Below are positions 36,546-50,800 of a stretch of 64,000 nt of DNA, one piece after another. This DNA is from Azolla caroliniana (lineage: Eukaryota > Plantae > Polypodiophyta). How positions within the stretch are numbered: position 1 is the stretch's first letter; each line of letters starts with the position of its first letter. Position numbers and translations under genes: made by a program. Below the pieces are notes generated by a model that saw only the letters and a program-made list of their open reading frames with translations, was not told where the DNA came from and did not search any database. Where the stretch lies: assembly GCA_043228905.1 (NCBI GenBank), contig JBHGNT010000001.1, positions 19,406,001 through 19,470,000 on the forward strand, read 5' to 3'.

Positions 36546-39500
36546 CATCGTGGGTCACAAGCCACTTCTGTAGAGCTCTAGGGATCTTGTTCGGTCGCTA
36601 CCTTCATCGCGAAGGCATAATGATGGGCCATAGACTCGTTGTAGCCAAGCCGCGTGACAAGATTCTTCTCTCTAGAAGAACGTAGAAGTTTTTCGCCCGC
36701 TGATGTGAGCGCCTTCTTTACTCCGGGTGTTCGCATGATGGGTACACCAAACTCACTGTCTAGTGAGGGAGACGACACATCCAAATCATTGTCGTCAGGG
36801 TGGTCGACTTCGTATTCAGGCATCTGACCTTTGCCTTTGTCCAAGGTTGTACTTGGCCCAATGTGCTTGGAATGCTTGAAGGGTCAGGTGGGCTTGGATT
36901 GTCCTTTGGTAGAGGACTTGTCCGAATATCATCCTCCGAGTTGACGTTCAACTCTTCCTCGGTCGAATCGGGTGGAGCCACATTGGGCTTATAGCAAGAT
37001 GCCAATTCATCGAAGACTACATCTCGACTCACCCAAAACGCTCGGGTCGAAGGGTTATAGCACTTGTATGCCTTCTTCTCAAACGAGTATCCTACAAGGA
37101 TACATTCCTCTGACTTCGCGTCGAGCTTCTGATTTTCATTCGGGATGCATACATTCTCAATACTTCCAAACACCTTGAGGTGCGACAAGATCGGCTTCCT
37201 TCCGACAAGGAGCTCGTAGGGAGTTAGCTCATGCACTCCATTAGTGGTGCATCGATTCATGAGATAGACAGCCGTGGATGCCACTTCGGCCAAATCGAAG
37301 TTCGGCATGTGCTTCTCATGTAACATGGCCCATACTACCTCGGGTATTTGCCGATTCTTCCTTTGGGCAACTCCATTTTGTTAGGGTGTGTGTTGGCATG
37401 AGAATTCTCTCCGAATGCCTTCACTTTGGAGGTAGGAGGTGAATTCATTGGAGAAGTACTCATTTCCTCCGTCTGATCGTAGGCATTGAATGTGCCGACT
37501 AGTTTCTTTTTTGACTTGGCCCTTGACTCTTTTGAAGTGGGAGAGGACTTCACTCTTCTTCTTCAGATTCAGAAAGATCCACGTGTAGCAGGAGTAGTCG
37601 TCGATGAAGGTGACGTAGTATTGGCATCCGCCGATCATCGGCGTTTGAGTCGGTCCCCATACATCCGAGTGTATGACGTCAACTAGGCCTTTGCTTGCGG
37701 AGCTCTCCTTCAGAAATGGGAGTCAATGTTGTTTGCCAAGTTGACATGCCTCGCATACTTGGTCGACTTGTTTCGACTAGAATGCCAGAAGTCCGATGAC
37801 GACTCCCTTTGATTGCATAGATCGGAGACGTTGTAGGTTTATGTGGCCGATTCTCTTGTGCCACAACTCGATGGTTGTCTCGGTTTTCAGACCTTTGGCA
37901 TACATGGCTGATTTCACCTTGTTCGAATCAATGATTGTTAGGAATCGACCGGCCACAACCGCTTTCACGTTCGTATTCGTGTGCCGTAACCAAGAACTAG
38001 TACACAGACAAGAAAAACATTAAGACACAGAGACACCAATATTTTACGTGGAAAACCCGAAATGGGAAAAAACTACGGGGGTCCACAAACCCTGAGAAAA
38101 TATATCACTATAGTAGAGAGGAAGTTCAAATACGGAACTTGGAGGCAGCGACCTCGAGTTCTCCTTCGTCTGACAAACAACTACAGAGTTACACCCTCAC
38201 TTTCTCACTCACGGTTACAGAGGGAACTACGTCGTTGTACCTTTTTTCAATAATAATCGCTAACTCTTGCTATAAGGTTTTCCCTAGTTGCTCATAAACC
38301 AAAGCAACTTTCTGGCTATTTACAAGTATAGCCCCCGAGGCATTTTTGACTATTTACAATTATAGTCTTCCGAAACGATTTTGGTTTCTGATTTCGATTT
38401 CAGTTTCGGATGAGATACTCACCAACACAATTCTTCTCTTCCCATCTGGAGGGACATCTTTCCCAACAAACTCCCCCTTCACTCCGGCATGGGGTACTTC
38501 ACCAAACCGATTCTCTATCGGCACACGTTTAGCTTTTCAGCTGACAGCACCTTCGTCAACATATCTGATCCGTATTCAGCAGTGTGGATCTTCACCAGAG
38601 CAAACTCCTTTTCTTCTACTCACTCTCGGGGCCAATGATATCTAATCTGGATGTGTTTGATCCTCGAGTGGTAGGAATCATTTTTCGCAAGGTGGATGGC
38701 ACTCTGGTTATCGCAATGGAGTTGGAATTCCTCCTACTGAATTCCTTGCTCACTGATAAAATCTTTCATCCATATGATTTCCTTGTCGGCTTCCACTACG
38801 GCCATATATTCGGCTCCCGTGGTCAACAACACCATGGCCTTCTGCAGCCTCGACTGCCACGAAATGGCTCCCCCTGCATAAGTCATTACATACCCGGATG
38901 TGGATTGGTTGGTATCCACATCAGCCGACATGTTCAAGTCAGTATAACCTTCTAGTGTGGGGTTACATGAACCGAAACGGAGAGACACGTTAAAGGTGCC
39001 TTTTAGGTACCGAAGTATCCACTTCACGATAGCCCAATGCGCTCTTCCGGGCTTTGTACATACCACGCCGACTGTGTATCCTATGTCCGGCCTAGTACAT
39101 ACCATCGCGTACATCAGGATTCCAACTGCAGAGGCATAAGGAACCTTTTGCCAAGACATCTCGGCCTTCTGGGTTTTCGATTTCAGACATTGTTCTTTGC
39201 TTGGCTTGTAGTTCGTCGGCAGTGTCAAGCCCGGTTTCACGCTTTCGATGTTGAATCTCTGGAGCATCTTTGTCACGTATTTTTCTTGTGATAGCCACAA
39301 CAATTTCTTTGTTCGATCCCGAACAATGTGCACCCCCAGGATTTGCTTTGCTGGACCCATATCCTTCATCGAAAACGATCTGCTCAAGGCCTTCTTCAAC
39401 ACTTGGATCTTCGTATGGTCCCGCCCGATAATAAGCATGTCGTCCACATACAACAGAAGGATGAGGAAATCTCCTCCATCGAATTTCTTCACAAATATGC

Positions 39501-39871
39501 AGTGATCGACCTGCGTTTTGTGGTTCCCGTTGTCAGTCATGAAGGATTCAAATTTTCGGTACCATTCCCGAGGTGCTTGCTTCAACTCGTAAAGCTCTTC
39601 CTTAATCGGCATACTAGGTTCTCTTTGCCTTTCTCTACAAATCCTTTCGGCTGGTGCATATAGATCTCTTCGAGATCGCCGTGCAAAAACACTGTCTTGA
39701 CATCCAATTGCTCGACTTTGAAATCCATGTTGGCTGCGATACTCAACACGGTTAGGATTGATGTCATCTTTAGGACCGGGGAAAATATTTCATCGAAATT
39801 GACACCCTTCTTCTGCTGGAAACCTTTCACAACGATTCATGCTTTGTATCTGGGTGGATTCCCGCCATCTC

Positions 39872-42800
39872 TGAAGAGATTAGCGCCGAATATTGCTTGG
39901 CCACAACCGAGACTTGAATCACTTCTTTTAAGGATCAAACACAGAAATGGGAATGGAGATGAATACACATGATGTTTACGTGGAAAACCCTAATAGGGAA
40001 AAACCACGGGAGCCCACAGACTCCGAACTATCACTATATAGGAAAGGTACAAAATAGAGACTCAGAGGCAATGACCTCGAGCTCTGTATCTTCGCCAGCC
40101 GACGGTTACAACAGAGTATAGCTCTGTATCTCTCTCTATATATATATACAATAGTTATGTCCCCAACAATATGAACAACCACATCACACCTAAAGTGTTT
40201 TCCCTAAGTCATATTTATACTTATATGAACTTAGGGCTATTTACAAATATAGCCTCAATAGGCTTACTCAAAACATATTTACAAATATGTCTTCTCTTCC
40301 GGTTCTCACCGGTTCTCTTCGTGTTCTCACCGGGTCCTCTTCATTCATCATCGGATCCCATCCGGAGGGACCGATTTTCCAACAATCTCCCCTTTCACTC
40401 CGGCATGGGATGTCTCGTCAGCCCGATCTGCTTTTGGCATGTGTCCAGCTTCTCGGTCGTCAACACCTTGGTCAGCATATCTGACCCATTCTCCTCCGTG
40501 TGGATCTTCGTCAGCACGAACTCTTGATCTTCTACGTTCTCCAGGATCCAGTAGTACCTCCGTTGGATATGTTTCGTCCGGGAATGGTAGACCGTGTTCT
40601 TTGACTATCGCAGTAGAGCCGATATTCGTCTTGTTGGATCCCTAGCTCTCCAATGAAGTCCTTCATCCAGATTATCTCCTTCCCGGCTTCTACAACTCCC
40701 ATGTACTCTGCCTCCGTGGTTGACAATGCAACCGTCTTCTGTAGCCTTGACTGCCACGAAACAACTCCCCCTGCATAAGTCATGACATATCTTAATGTAG
40801 ACCGGTCAGTATTCGCATCAGGCAACATATCTGAATCCTTGAATCCGTCAAGTTGGGGATTACCGGAGCCGAACCGGAGGCACATACTCGTAGTGCCTTT
40901 CAAATACCGGAGTATCCATTTGATCGCGTTCCAATGCTCTTTTCCGGGATTGCTCATGAACCGGTTGACTACTCCTACAATGTAATCGATGTTAGGCCGG
41001 GTACACACCATCACATACATCAAGCTCCCGATGGCAGAGGCATATGGTATCTTCATCATATTTGTCTTCTCTGCCTTTGTCTTCGGGCTTTGTTTTTTAG
41101 ATAGCTTGCAGTTTGCCGAAAGTGTCGATCTGATTGGCTTCGCCTCCGATATGTTGAACCATTGGAGCACCTTTGTCACGTACCTCTCCTGTGACAACCA
41201 CAACAACTTCTTCAACCGGTCCCGGATGATGTGCATTCCCAATATTTGTCTTGTCGAACCCAAGTCTTTCATTGAGAACGTCTGGTTCAGAGCCTTCTTC
41301 AACATCCGGATTGTTGAGCGGCAAGCTCAACTGGAGCCGGATCGGCTGAATAAGCCTGAGCCGGCAAGCGAGACGGATCGGTATGCCATGAGCAACCGAG
41401 CCGGCAAGCAACAGAGCCGGTGAGCTAGGGAGCCGGTTAGCCGGATCCAATCGGTAACTGGAAGCCTAGTATTACCTTAGACTACTAGGCAATTATAGTC
41501 TTGTAGTAAGTGTTAGAAGCTCGTGTGAGCATTGAAGTACGTAGTACTTCTGTCAGTCCCATGAGGACTTGTATAAATAGTGCTACTGAGCACAGTTGTA
41601 AGCGATAGAGTGATTATATCGTTTTGAATATAGCTTTTACGTTCTGCTCTCTCTGTCTCTCTCGTGTACTCTGTGTATTCCCTACTTTCTCTGTTTTCTA
41701 ACGCTTCCGTAAGTAATCGTTTTCATGGTATCAAAGCGCGAGGGTTGAGAACCTCCTCTGCAGCCAACAAACGCTTGAAAGCAAACCCTAACAGGTCGTA
41801 AAACATCAGACAGAGAAGTGATGGCTAGCTCGCTCCCTATGGAGAAACTCGACAGATCCAACTATGCATCTTGGTCGTATAAGATGCACCAGTACCTGCT
41901 TGGGCATAGCTACTGGAGTTTCGTCGAAGGAGGCAACGAAACAGCACCTGATGCAACACATAAGGACTTCCCAGTGTGGGAACAATCGGCAAGCAAAGAA
42001 GTCCCTTTGAGCCACGTCGGAAAAAAGGGGAAGTTGATGAACGTATTACACGTTCCGACAATCACGAAGAACCTAGTTTCGGTCGGACAAATCGTCGACC
42101 AGGGGATGCAGGTGCAGTTTACGCACCTTGGGTGCTTCATCGAGGAAGAGGGCCAGATTATTGCGCAAGGGCGCAAAGACGGGAGGATGTTTATCCTCGA
42201 CACCAATGACGTTGGCACCGCTCTATTTGCAAAAGGACAGAAGGTCGAATCGGACATCGACCTGTGGCACAAGCGGATAGCCCACGTCAATTACTGGAGG
42301 CTTCAAGACCTGCAAACAAAACAAGTTGTTTTCGGTTTGCCGAAGTTCAGCGGTCGGAAGGCCCAAGCATGTGAAGCCTGCCAACGCGGGAAGCAACACC
42401 GGCTTCCATTCCCTACCGAACGTAACTGGAGTCGTAACAAGCTTGACCTAATCCATTTGGATGTGTGGGGACCAATACAAAATGTTAGTCTTGGCGGGAG
42501 TCGATATTTCGTGTCCTTCATCGACGACTATATGCGGCAGACATGGAACTACCTCATTGAGCAGAAGAGTGAACTCTTCGAGTGTTTTCGGAGTCTCCAA
42601 AGCATGGTGGAACGGGAATCGGAGAGGAAGATCAAATGCCTGCGGTCGGATGGCGGGGAAGAATACTTTTCCAACCAATTCAACAGTTATCTACAGCAAG
42701 CGGGAATTCGGCGAGAGTTCAGCTGCTGATACACACCGCAACAGAACGGTGTTGCCGAGAGGAAGAACTGGTCACTTATCGATGCGGCAAGGGCAATGTT

Positions 42801-45800
42801 GGAGGAGAAGAGCATGCCCAAATTCTACTGGGTAGTGGCAGTCCGAACGACTATCTACATCCAGAGTGACAAGGTGTCAGCTCACGACCTGTATTTCAGG
42901 CGGAAGCCGAATTTGAGACACCTTAAGATCTTCGGTCGCATTGCATATGTGCATGTACCGGATGAGGAGCGGCGGAAGCTGAATGCAAAATCGGAAAAAT
43001 GCATCCTAGTTGGCTATGATCAAGAGCAAAAGGTTTATAAGTGTTATAACCCCTGGACAAGGCAGGTCCGAGTTAGTTGAGATGTCGAATTTGATGAATC
43101 GGCATCGTGGTACTCCTTACCGACTCTGACTTCCGAGGATGAGGCTAATGAGCCTGAACCGGCCCAGGTAGAGGATGATGAAGCGTGGACTCAGGATGAG
43201 AGTCCGGACTCATTCCGGTTGAGTGGGCCGAACGAGAGATTGAGTCAATCTGACCAGTCTGATGAGGAACCGGCGAGTAGTGGAGACTCTGCCATGCACT
43301 CCCCCCGCAAGGAACCGAGGAGACAGTTCACGCGCAAAGAGAAGGGGAAGAAGAAGATGCCGGAATTCGAAACCGGTAACGATGAGTCGGATCGGTGTGC
43401 ATCGAGCTCCGGCAAGGAGAAAGGCGGATCTTCGGCAACGAAGACTGAACCGGCCAAGAAGGGCCTCAAACCGGGTAACAGTGAGTTACACCGGTCCACC
43501 TGCCAGAAGGATCCCCTCAAGCGGTACGGGTACAATGAGTACATGGCACATCACTATGTGTACATGACTAAGGTGGCGGAAGTGCGTGAGCCGGAGAGCT
43601 ACGCAAAAGTGGCCAAGGACGCAAATTGGCGTGCTGCTATGGAGGAAGAAATGCGGGCACTTGATGTCAACAAGACATGGGACCTAGTTGACCCTCCTCG
43701 TCACTGTAAACCGATCGGATGCAAGTGGATATACAAGGTAAAGTACAACGCCGATGGTTCTGTTAACCGGTATAAAGCCTGATTAGTGGCGAAGGGAAAC
43801 GTGCAGACCCACGGAATCAACTACGACGAGACCTTCGCTCCTGTAGCGAAGATGACGACGGTTCGAGTGGTGCTGACGGTTGCTGCGACAAGGGGATGGC
43901 ATCTTCATTAGATGGATGTGAAGAATGCATTTCTTCAAGGTGATCTTGAAGAAGAAGTCTTTATGACTCGGCCTCCTGGTTTTCAATCGGAGATGAACAA
44001 GTCGGCGATATGCTGGCTGAAGAAGTCGTTGTACGGCCTGACGCAAGCCCCTCAAGCTTGGAATGCGAAGATCACGCATCGGTTACGTAAGATGGGGTTT
44101 GTGGCCTCCAAATTGGACTCTTCATTGTTCATCCGGCAAGGCTCAGCCGGTCCGGTATGTATACTGTTGTATGTTGATGATCTAGTCATCACCGGACCGG
44201 GTGTTCCAGAAATCAACCGTGTCAAGTCCCAGTTGTCAGATGCATTTGAGATGAAGGATCTGGGGGACCTTCATTATTTTCTAGGGATCGAGGTGATCCA
44301 AACCCCGGACGACATATTGCTCTCACAACGACATTACGTCTTGAATATGCTGTACAAATTCGGCATGACAGAATGCCGACCTGTATCCACACCCTTCGAC
44401 CAGAACCAGAAGCTTCGTCCCAACTCCGGATTGGCCTGCAACGAGCAACGGTTCCGAAAAATTGTCGGAAGCCTTATTTACTTGACTATCACGCGACCCG
44501 ACATCAACTATCCGGTCGGAATGATAAGTCAGTTCATGCAAAAGCCGACCGTGGAGCACCTTTAGTGCGCGCAAAGGATATTGCGGTATGTCAGCGGCAC
44601 GAAGGACCGGGAACTGTTATACCGGTGAGGTATACCTGAAGAGCTCGTTGGTTACACGGATGCCGACTGGGCCGGCGATGCATCAGATCACCGATCTACC
44701 TCTGGTTACATGTTTTCCCTAAGTAGCGCGGTTGTTGCATGGAGCAGCAAAAAACAACCAACAGTTGCTCTGTCGAGCACTGAGGCTGAGTATCGTGGTG
44801 CTACCCTTGCCACTTATGAAGCCATTTGGCTTCGGCGACTGCTGCAAGACCTACGGATCGAGGTTCCGACCCTGATTCTGGTCTACTACGACAACATCAG
44901 CAGCATGCAACTCGCCAAGAACCCCGTATTCCATGCTCGCACAAAGCACATAGAAGTGCACTATCACTTAGAGCGTGAGCATGTCCTGAGCGGTGAGGTC
45001 GAACTTCGGTATGTTCACACGGATCGGCAAGTTGCCGACATCTTCACCAAACCACTTGGATCGGACAAGTTGCAGCACTTCACCGAAATACTTGGTGTTC
45101 AGCATCTCAACATGCCACACTTGAGGGGAGAACGGGCAAAGACACCGGAATGGGCAAAGGCAAAGAGACTGCCGATTGCGCCGGTAAGGGAAGAACCGGA
45201 AGAGGGGAAGACAAGGAGGCTGAAGAAGCCGAGGATGGAAGCAAGGCCAAGACCCGGATGTGGTGTGATGTGGTGAAGGGCCTTAAACCAAAAGACGAGT
45301 CGGAGGATACCGACTCAGACAAGAGCTGGAACGAATCGGGGACAGCCGATTCGGACCAACAGACGGATCCGAATGAACCGAATGAACCGGAGGCCAAGCA
45401 GACACGGATGCAGCGAAAGTCGATGCCATCGCGGAGGAACCGACGGATCAGCAAGCGCCGGAGTCATAGCAGCGAAGGAGCTGAGAGGGGCCTATTGAGC
45501 AGACATACCGACCGAGAAGATCGAGGCGCGTAGAACAAGAGGGGTCACAACAAACAGAACCGGACCAGACGAGGAGCGCGAGCAAGGTGGAGCGACGCCA
45601 GGAGAAGTCAGTTGGAAGAACCGACTACCATAGAGACTGCCAACCTCAAGTTGAGCTTGAGGGGGAGTGTTGTGCGGCAAGCTCAACTGGAGCCGGATCG
45701 GATGAATAAGCCTGAGCCGGCAAGCGAGACAGATCGGTAAGCCGTGAGCAACCGAGCCGGCAAGCAACAGAGCCGGTGAGCTGGGGAGCCGGTTAGTCGG

Positions 45801-47858
45801 ATCCAATCAGTAACCTGAAGCCTAGTATTAGTTTAGATTACTAGGCATTTATAGTCTCGCAGTAAGTGTCAGAAGCTCGTGTGAGCATTGAAGTATGCGA
45901 TACTTTTGTCAGTCCCATGAGGACTTGTATAAATAGTGCTACTGAGCACAGTTGTAAGTAACAGAGTGATTATATCGTTTTGAATATAGCTTTTACGTTC
46001 TGCTCTCTCTGTCTCTCCCATGTACTCTGTGTATTCCCTACTTTCTCTATTTTCTAACGCTTCCGCAAGTAATCGTTTTCACGGACCTTGCCTTGGTCTC
46101 GTCCGACGATGAACATATCCTCCACATATAGGAGGAGTATCAGGGAATCTCCTCCGTCAAATTTCTTCACAAACACGTAGTGATCGGCTTGCGTTTTGTG
46201 GTACCCTTGGTTGGTCATGAAGGAATCGAACTTCTGGTACCATTGCCAGGGAGCTTGCTTCAATCCGTATAGGCTCTTCTTCAGTCGGCACATCAGGTGC
46301 TCCTTCTCTTTCTTCTCAAATCCTTCCAGTTGATACATGTAGATCTCTTCTTCAAGGTCGCCATGTAAGAATGTCGTCTTGACGTCCATTTTCTCTACCT
46401 CGAGGTTCATGCTTGCCGCTATGCCGAATATCGTCCGGATGGATGTCATATTCACTACCAGGGCAAATATCTCATCAAAGTCCACTCCTTTTTTCTGTTG
46501 GAAGCCCTTCACCACGATTCGGGCCTTATACATTGGTGGATTTCGGACATCTCCCGTTTTCAGCTTGTATACCCACTTGTTCCGGAGTGCTCTCTTCCAT
46601 TTTGGCAACTCCGTCAGCTCATACATGTGGTTCTCGTCCATGGAATCCATCTCATCCTACATGGCACTCAACCACTTGTGGTTGTGGGTGTCTCTCTTTG
46701 CTTCTTCGAAGCTTTCTGGCTCCCCCTCATTGGTTAGCAACACATGCTCTACATCTGGAAATCTCTGGGGGGCTCTTCTCTCTCTGAGAGGATATCTTCA
46801 TCCTTGGTTTTTGACTGCCGGTTCCTCCGTTTGTTCCTCATCCAAATTCGATTCAAGAGCTTGTCCGGTTCTGGTGTCCTCTTCTTGTTCTTCTTGTTCT
46901 TTGGTCAGTTTAGTTTCTTGTCTGTATCTGGCCAGTTCGTTGACTGTCATCCGGTTACCGGTTAACATCCAATTTTCAACCGGGTATATCCTTGTTTCCT
47001 CAAGCCGGTTTTCAACTGGGTATATCCTTGGATGATCGGGAGTTCATCACCATCTTCTCCGACTCCCAGTCGGCAATCGTCTTGTCTTCCATGAAGACTA
47101 TGTCTCGACTCCGGAAGAACACCTTCTTATTGACCAGATCCCACACCCAGTAACCGAACTCATCATTGTTGTATCCAAGGAATATGCATGGCCGGGATTT
47201 CGGATCCAGTTTTGCTCTCTTGTCCTTTGCAACATGCACATATGCGAGACACCCAAACACCTTTAGATGCCGGTAAGACACGTCCTTACCGGTCCATACT
47301 CTTTGCGGTTTGTCTCCTTCCAAGGGGACTGAGGGTGATCTGTTTATCACATAGGTCGACGTCGTCAGTGCCTCAGCCCAAAACGTCTTGGGTAACTATT
47401 TGATTCTTCCATTTCCTGTGTTGTTTGCTCTGATACTCGTTTGAAGATAATAACGCGGAATATTGCTCGACCACAACCGAGTCTTGAATCACTTCTTTTA
47501 AGGATCAAACACAGAAATGGGAATGGAGATGAATACTTGTACACCAAAAGAAAATACACAAGATGTTTACGTCGAGCTCTGTATCTTCGCCAGCCGGTGG
47601 TTACAACAGAGTATAGCTTTGTATCTCTCTCTCTATATATATACAATAGTTATGTCCCCAACAATATGAACAACCACATCACATCTAAAGTGTTTTCCCT
47701 AAGTCATATTTATACTTATATGAACTTAGGGCTATTTACAAATATAGCCTCAATAGGCTTACTCAAAACATATTTACAAATATGTCTTCTCTTCTGGTTC
47801 TCACCGGGTCCTCTTCATTCATCACCGGATCCCATCCGGAGGGACCGATTTCCCAACA
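39872..47858 (-). mobile_element. Copia '5' (LTRs 39872-40384 and 47442-47858; gag-PR-IN N-terminus deleted)
   Basis: Perfect TSD ATCTC inside copia-4 RT (LKPGD|GGNPPRYK); PBS remnant GTATCAGAGC. Confidence 0.9.
41312..46081 (+). mobile_element. Copia '6' (414-bp LTRs 41312-41725 and 45668-46081; in-frame gag-PR deletion)
   Basis: TSD CGGAT/CGGAC, PBS TGGTATCAAAGC, PPT GAGGGGGAG, IN/RT/RH motifs ([13 protein letters not shown]). Confidence 0.93.
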
Positions 47859-50800
47859 ATCTCCTGGTTTCAACTTGTATAGCCATTTATTCCGAAGTGC
47901 CTTCTTTCCTCTCGGCAGTTCGGTCAGTTCATATGTATGGTTCTCATGCAAATAATCCATCTCCTCTTGCATGGCACTCAACTACTTTCGGTTGTGGGTA
48001 TCTTCCTTGGCTTCTTCAAAGCTTTCCGGCTCTTGTGCAAATCTTCGGGGGGGCCTCCTTTCTCTTAGGGGGTATTTGCGGTCTCCATTCGGCACAGTCG
48101 GTTCTTCTTCGACTTCTTCAGCCGATTTGAATTCATTTCCTTGTTCGGCCATTTCCCCTCGCTCTTCAGTCGGTTCTCAATTTTGCCAAGCATTAACTCG
48201 GCTGATTGGCTCGGATTCAATTTCGATCGAATCAGCTTCTACTTGATTCGACCGAGTGTCGACAAGATTTCATTCGGTAGTTGGAGACTTATTCTCAATC
48301 TCCCAGTCAACTATTCTCTTTTCCTCCATGAAGACAATGTCGCGGCTCCTAATTACTTTCTTCTCGGCTAAGTCCCATAGCTGATTGCCAAATTTATGAT
48401 TGTCGTAGCCGAGAAATATGCATGGCCGAGATTTCGGGTCCAACTTCCCCCTCTGGTCCTTTGCCACATGCACATAATCAAGACAACCGAACACCATCAA
48501 ATGTCAATATGATACGTCTTTGCCACCCCACACCCTTTTTGGAATATCATCATCCAAGGGTACTGAGGGTGATCGGTTTATCATGTACACTACCGTCACC
48601 AACACCTCAGCCCATAACGTCTTCGGTAACTTAGCATGTGCAAGCATACTTCAGACCCCTTCCATTATGGTTTCGTTCCTTCTCTTGGCCAACCCATGTC
48701 GAAGCGTCTTCGGCGCGGTATACTCGAGCTGGATTCCTTGATTTCAGCAATATTCCTCAAATGGTCCACGGTACTCTCCGCCATTGTTCGCTCGAATTGC
48801 CTTTACTTTTCGGCCGATTTCTCTCTCAGCCCTCACTTGGAACTCTTTGAAGAAGCATAACACTTGATCCTTCATCTTTAGCATGGAAGACCACAACTTC
48901 CTTCTACAGTTATCAATGAAGGTCACGAAATATTGTGAACCACCATGCGACTTCGTGTCCACATAGTATACGTCTGTATGCACGAGTTCCAACGCCATTT
49001 TCTTCCTCATCGGGGTCTCGTTCGGAAGGATGTTTGATTATGCTTATGGCCAAGAAATCTGTGCACTTCTCAAGTTGCACGCTCTTCACCTCAAGAACGA
49101 GGTTGTCTTTGGCAAGCTTTCGCATCCCCTTCTGGCTCATATGGCACAACCTCCTGTGCCACAGTTCACCGACTATGTCGGCCGCCACGTTTGCTTCCTC
49201 TCAGCATATTTGAGCATTCATTATGTACAATGTGTTGGTCTTCTGAGCTTGATCCACGATCAGACTTCCTCGGCAGAACTTCATGACACCATTTCGGATG
49301 CTACCCATGTAGCGTTCATCATCTATCCGATCGGCTGATATTAGGTTCAATCGAACCTCCGGAACATGTCGTACATCTCTCAACACGAGTCTGCACCTGG
49401 TTGAGCTTTCCAAACACACATCTCCAATGCCGACGATTCGGCATGCTCTTTCATTTCCATCTTTATAGATCCGAGATCTTTGGCTTTGTAGGATAAGAAG
49501 CACTTTCAGTTTGGGGTTAGGTGGAATGACACACCCAAATCGACCACCCACGTCAATTCTTCGCCGGTGAGATTCACTTCATTTTGCTCACTAATGAGCG
49601 ACAACTCCTCCTCACTCGCGGTGATTGCTGAGGTGTTCTTTCTGTCTGGGATTTTCTTCGGTTCTACACCATCAGGCCCCCCTTTCTGCTTTCGAAAGTG
49701 TCGGAAGTTTTTCTGGAAGTGCCCCAACTTCCCACAATAGAAGCACGTAGGTCTCCCCCTCGACTTCGACCTGGTCTCCGACTTATCTCGGTTATGGGGA
49801 GTTCGATTTCCGCCTCTTCCCCGAATCGTGTTAGCTTCCATGACTAAAGCCTTCAGGTCGGTATTGGACTTACGGTCCTTCCAGCGAGATTCTTCATCCA
49901 ACAAGCTCGAGTTCACCTGCTCTAGAGATAAATGCTTCCCTTTGAGCCCGACGTTGTCCAAAGTGACAACAAGCGTCTCCCAGTTGTCCAAAAAGGATCC
50001 CAGCAACAATAATGCTAATACCTCATCAACCAGAGGTACTTTGACCACAACCGGTTTCACATCCGTATTCGTGTGCAGTAACCGAGAACTAGTACAAAGA
50101 CAAGAAAAACGTGAAGACACAAAGACACCAATATATTACGTGGAAAACCCGAAATGGGAAAAAACCACAGGGGTCCATAAACCCTGAGAAAACTGATCAT
50201 TATAGTAGAGAGGAAGTACAAATACGGAACTCGAAGGCAGCGACCTCGAGTTCTCCTTCGTCTGATAGAAGACTATAGAGTTACACTCTCACTCTCTCAC
50301 TCACGGTTATAGAGGCAACTACCTCGTTCTATCTTTTTTCAATAATGATCACTAACTCTTGCTATAAGGTTTTCCCTAGTTGCTCATAAACCAAAGCAAC
50401 TTTCTCGCTATTTACAAGTATAGCCCCCAGGAGGCATTTTTGACTATTTAAAATTATAGTCTGCCGAAACGATTTTGGTTTTCGATTTCAATTTCGGTTT
50501 CCGATTTTGATTTCAGTTTCGGCCGAGATACTCACCAACACAGTCCTTCTTTTCCCATCTAGAGGGACATGTTTCCCAACAAGGATGAACATGTGACTGT
50601 CTCTCCGTCCCTTGGCTATGAGTCGGCCATGTTTCTCGATGAAACAACCTTCGTTGTTGAAGCGGATTTGCATGCCTTTCTCCACGATTTGGCCGACCGA
50701 GATCAAATTGTTCGTTATTGTGGACACGTGCAAGAAGTTTTTGATGCAAGTTTGTTCACCTTCTTTCCCGAATGGGACATTGCCGATGTGCCGAATGGGA

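Larger units (their letters stand above)
37936..50581 (-). mobile_element. Copia '4' (LTRs 37936-38468 and ~50045-50581; PBS and gag N-terminus deleted)
   Basis: TSD ATGAT/AGGAT; RT/RH 38480-39870, gag-IN 47859-50045. Confidence 0.88.
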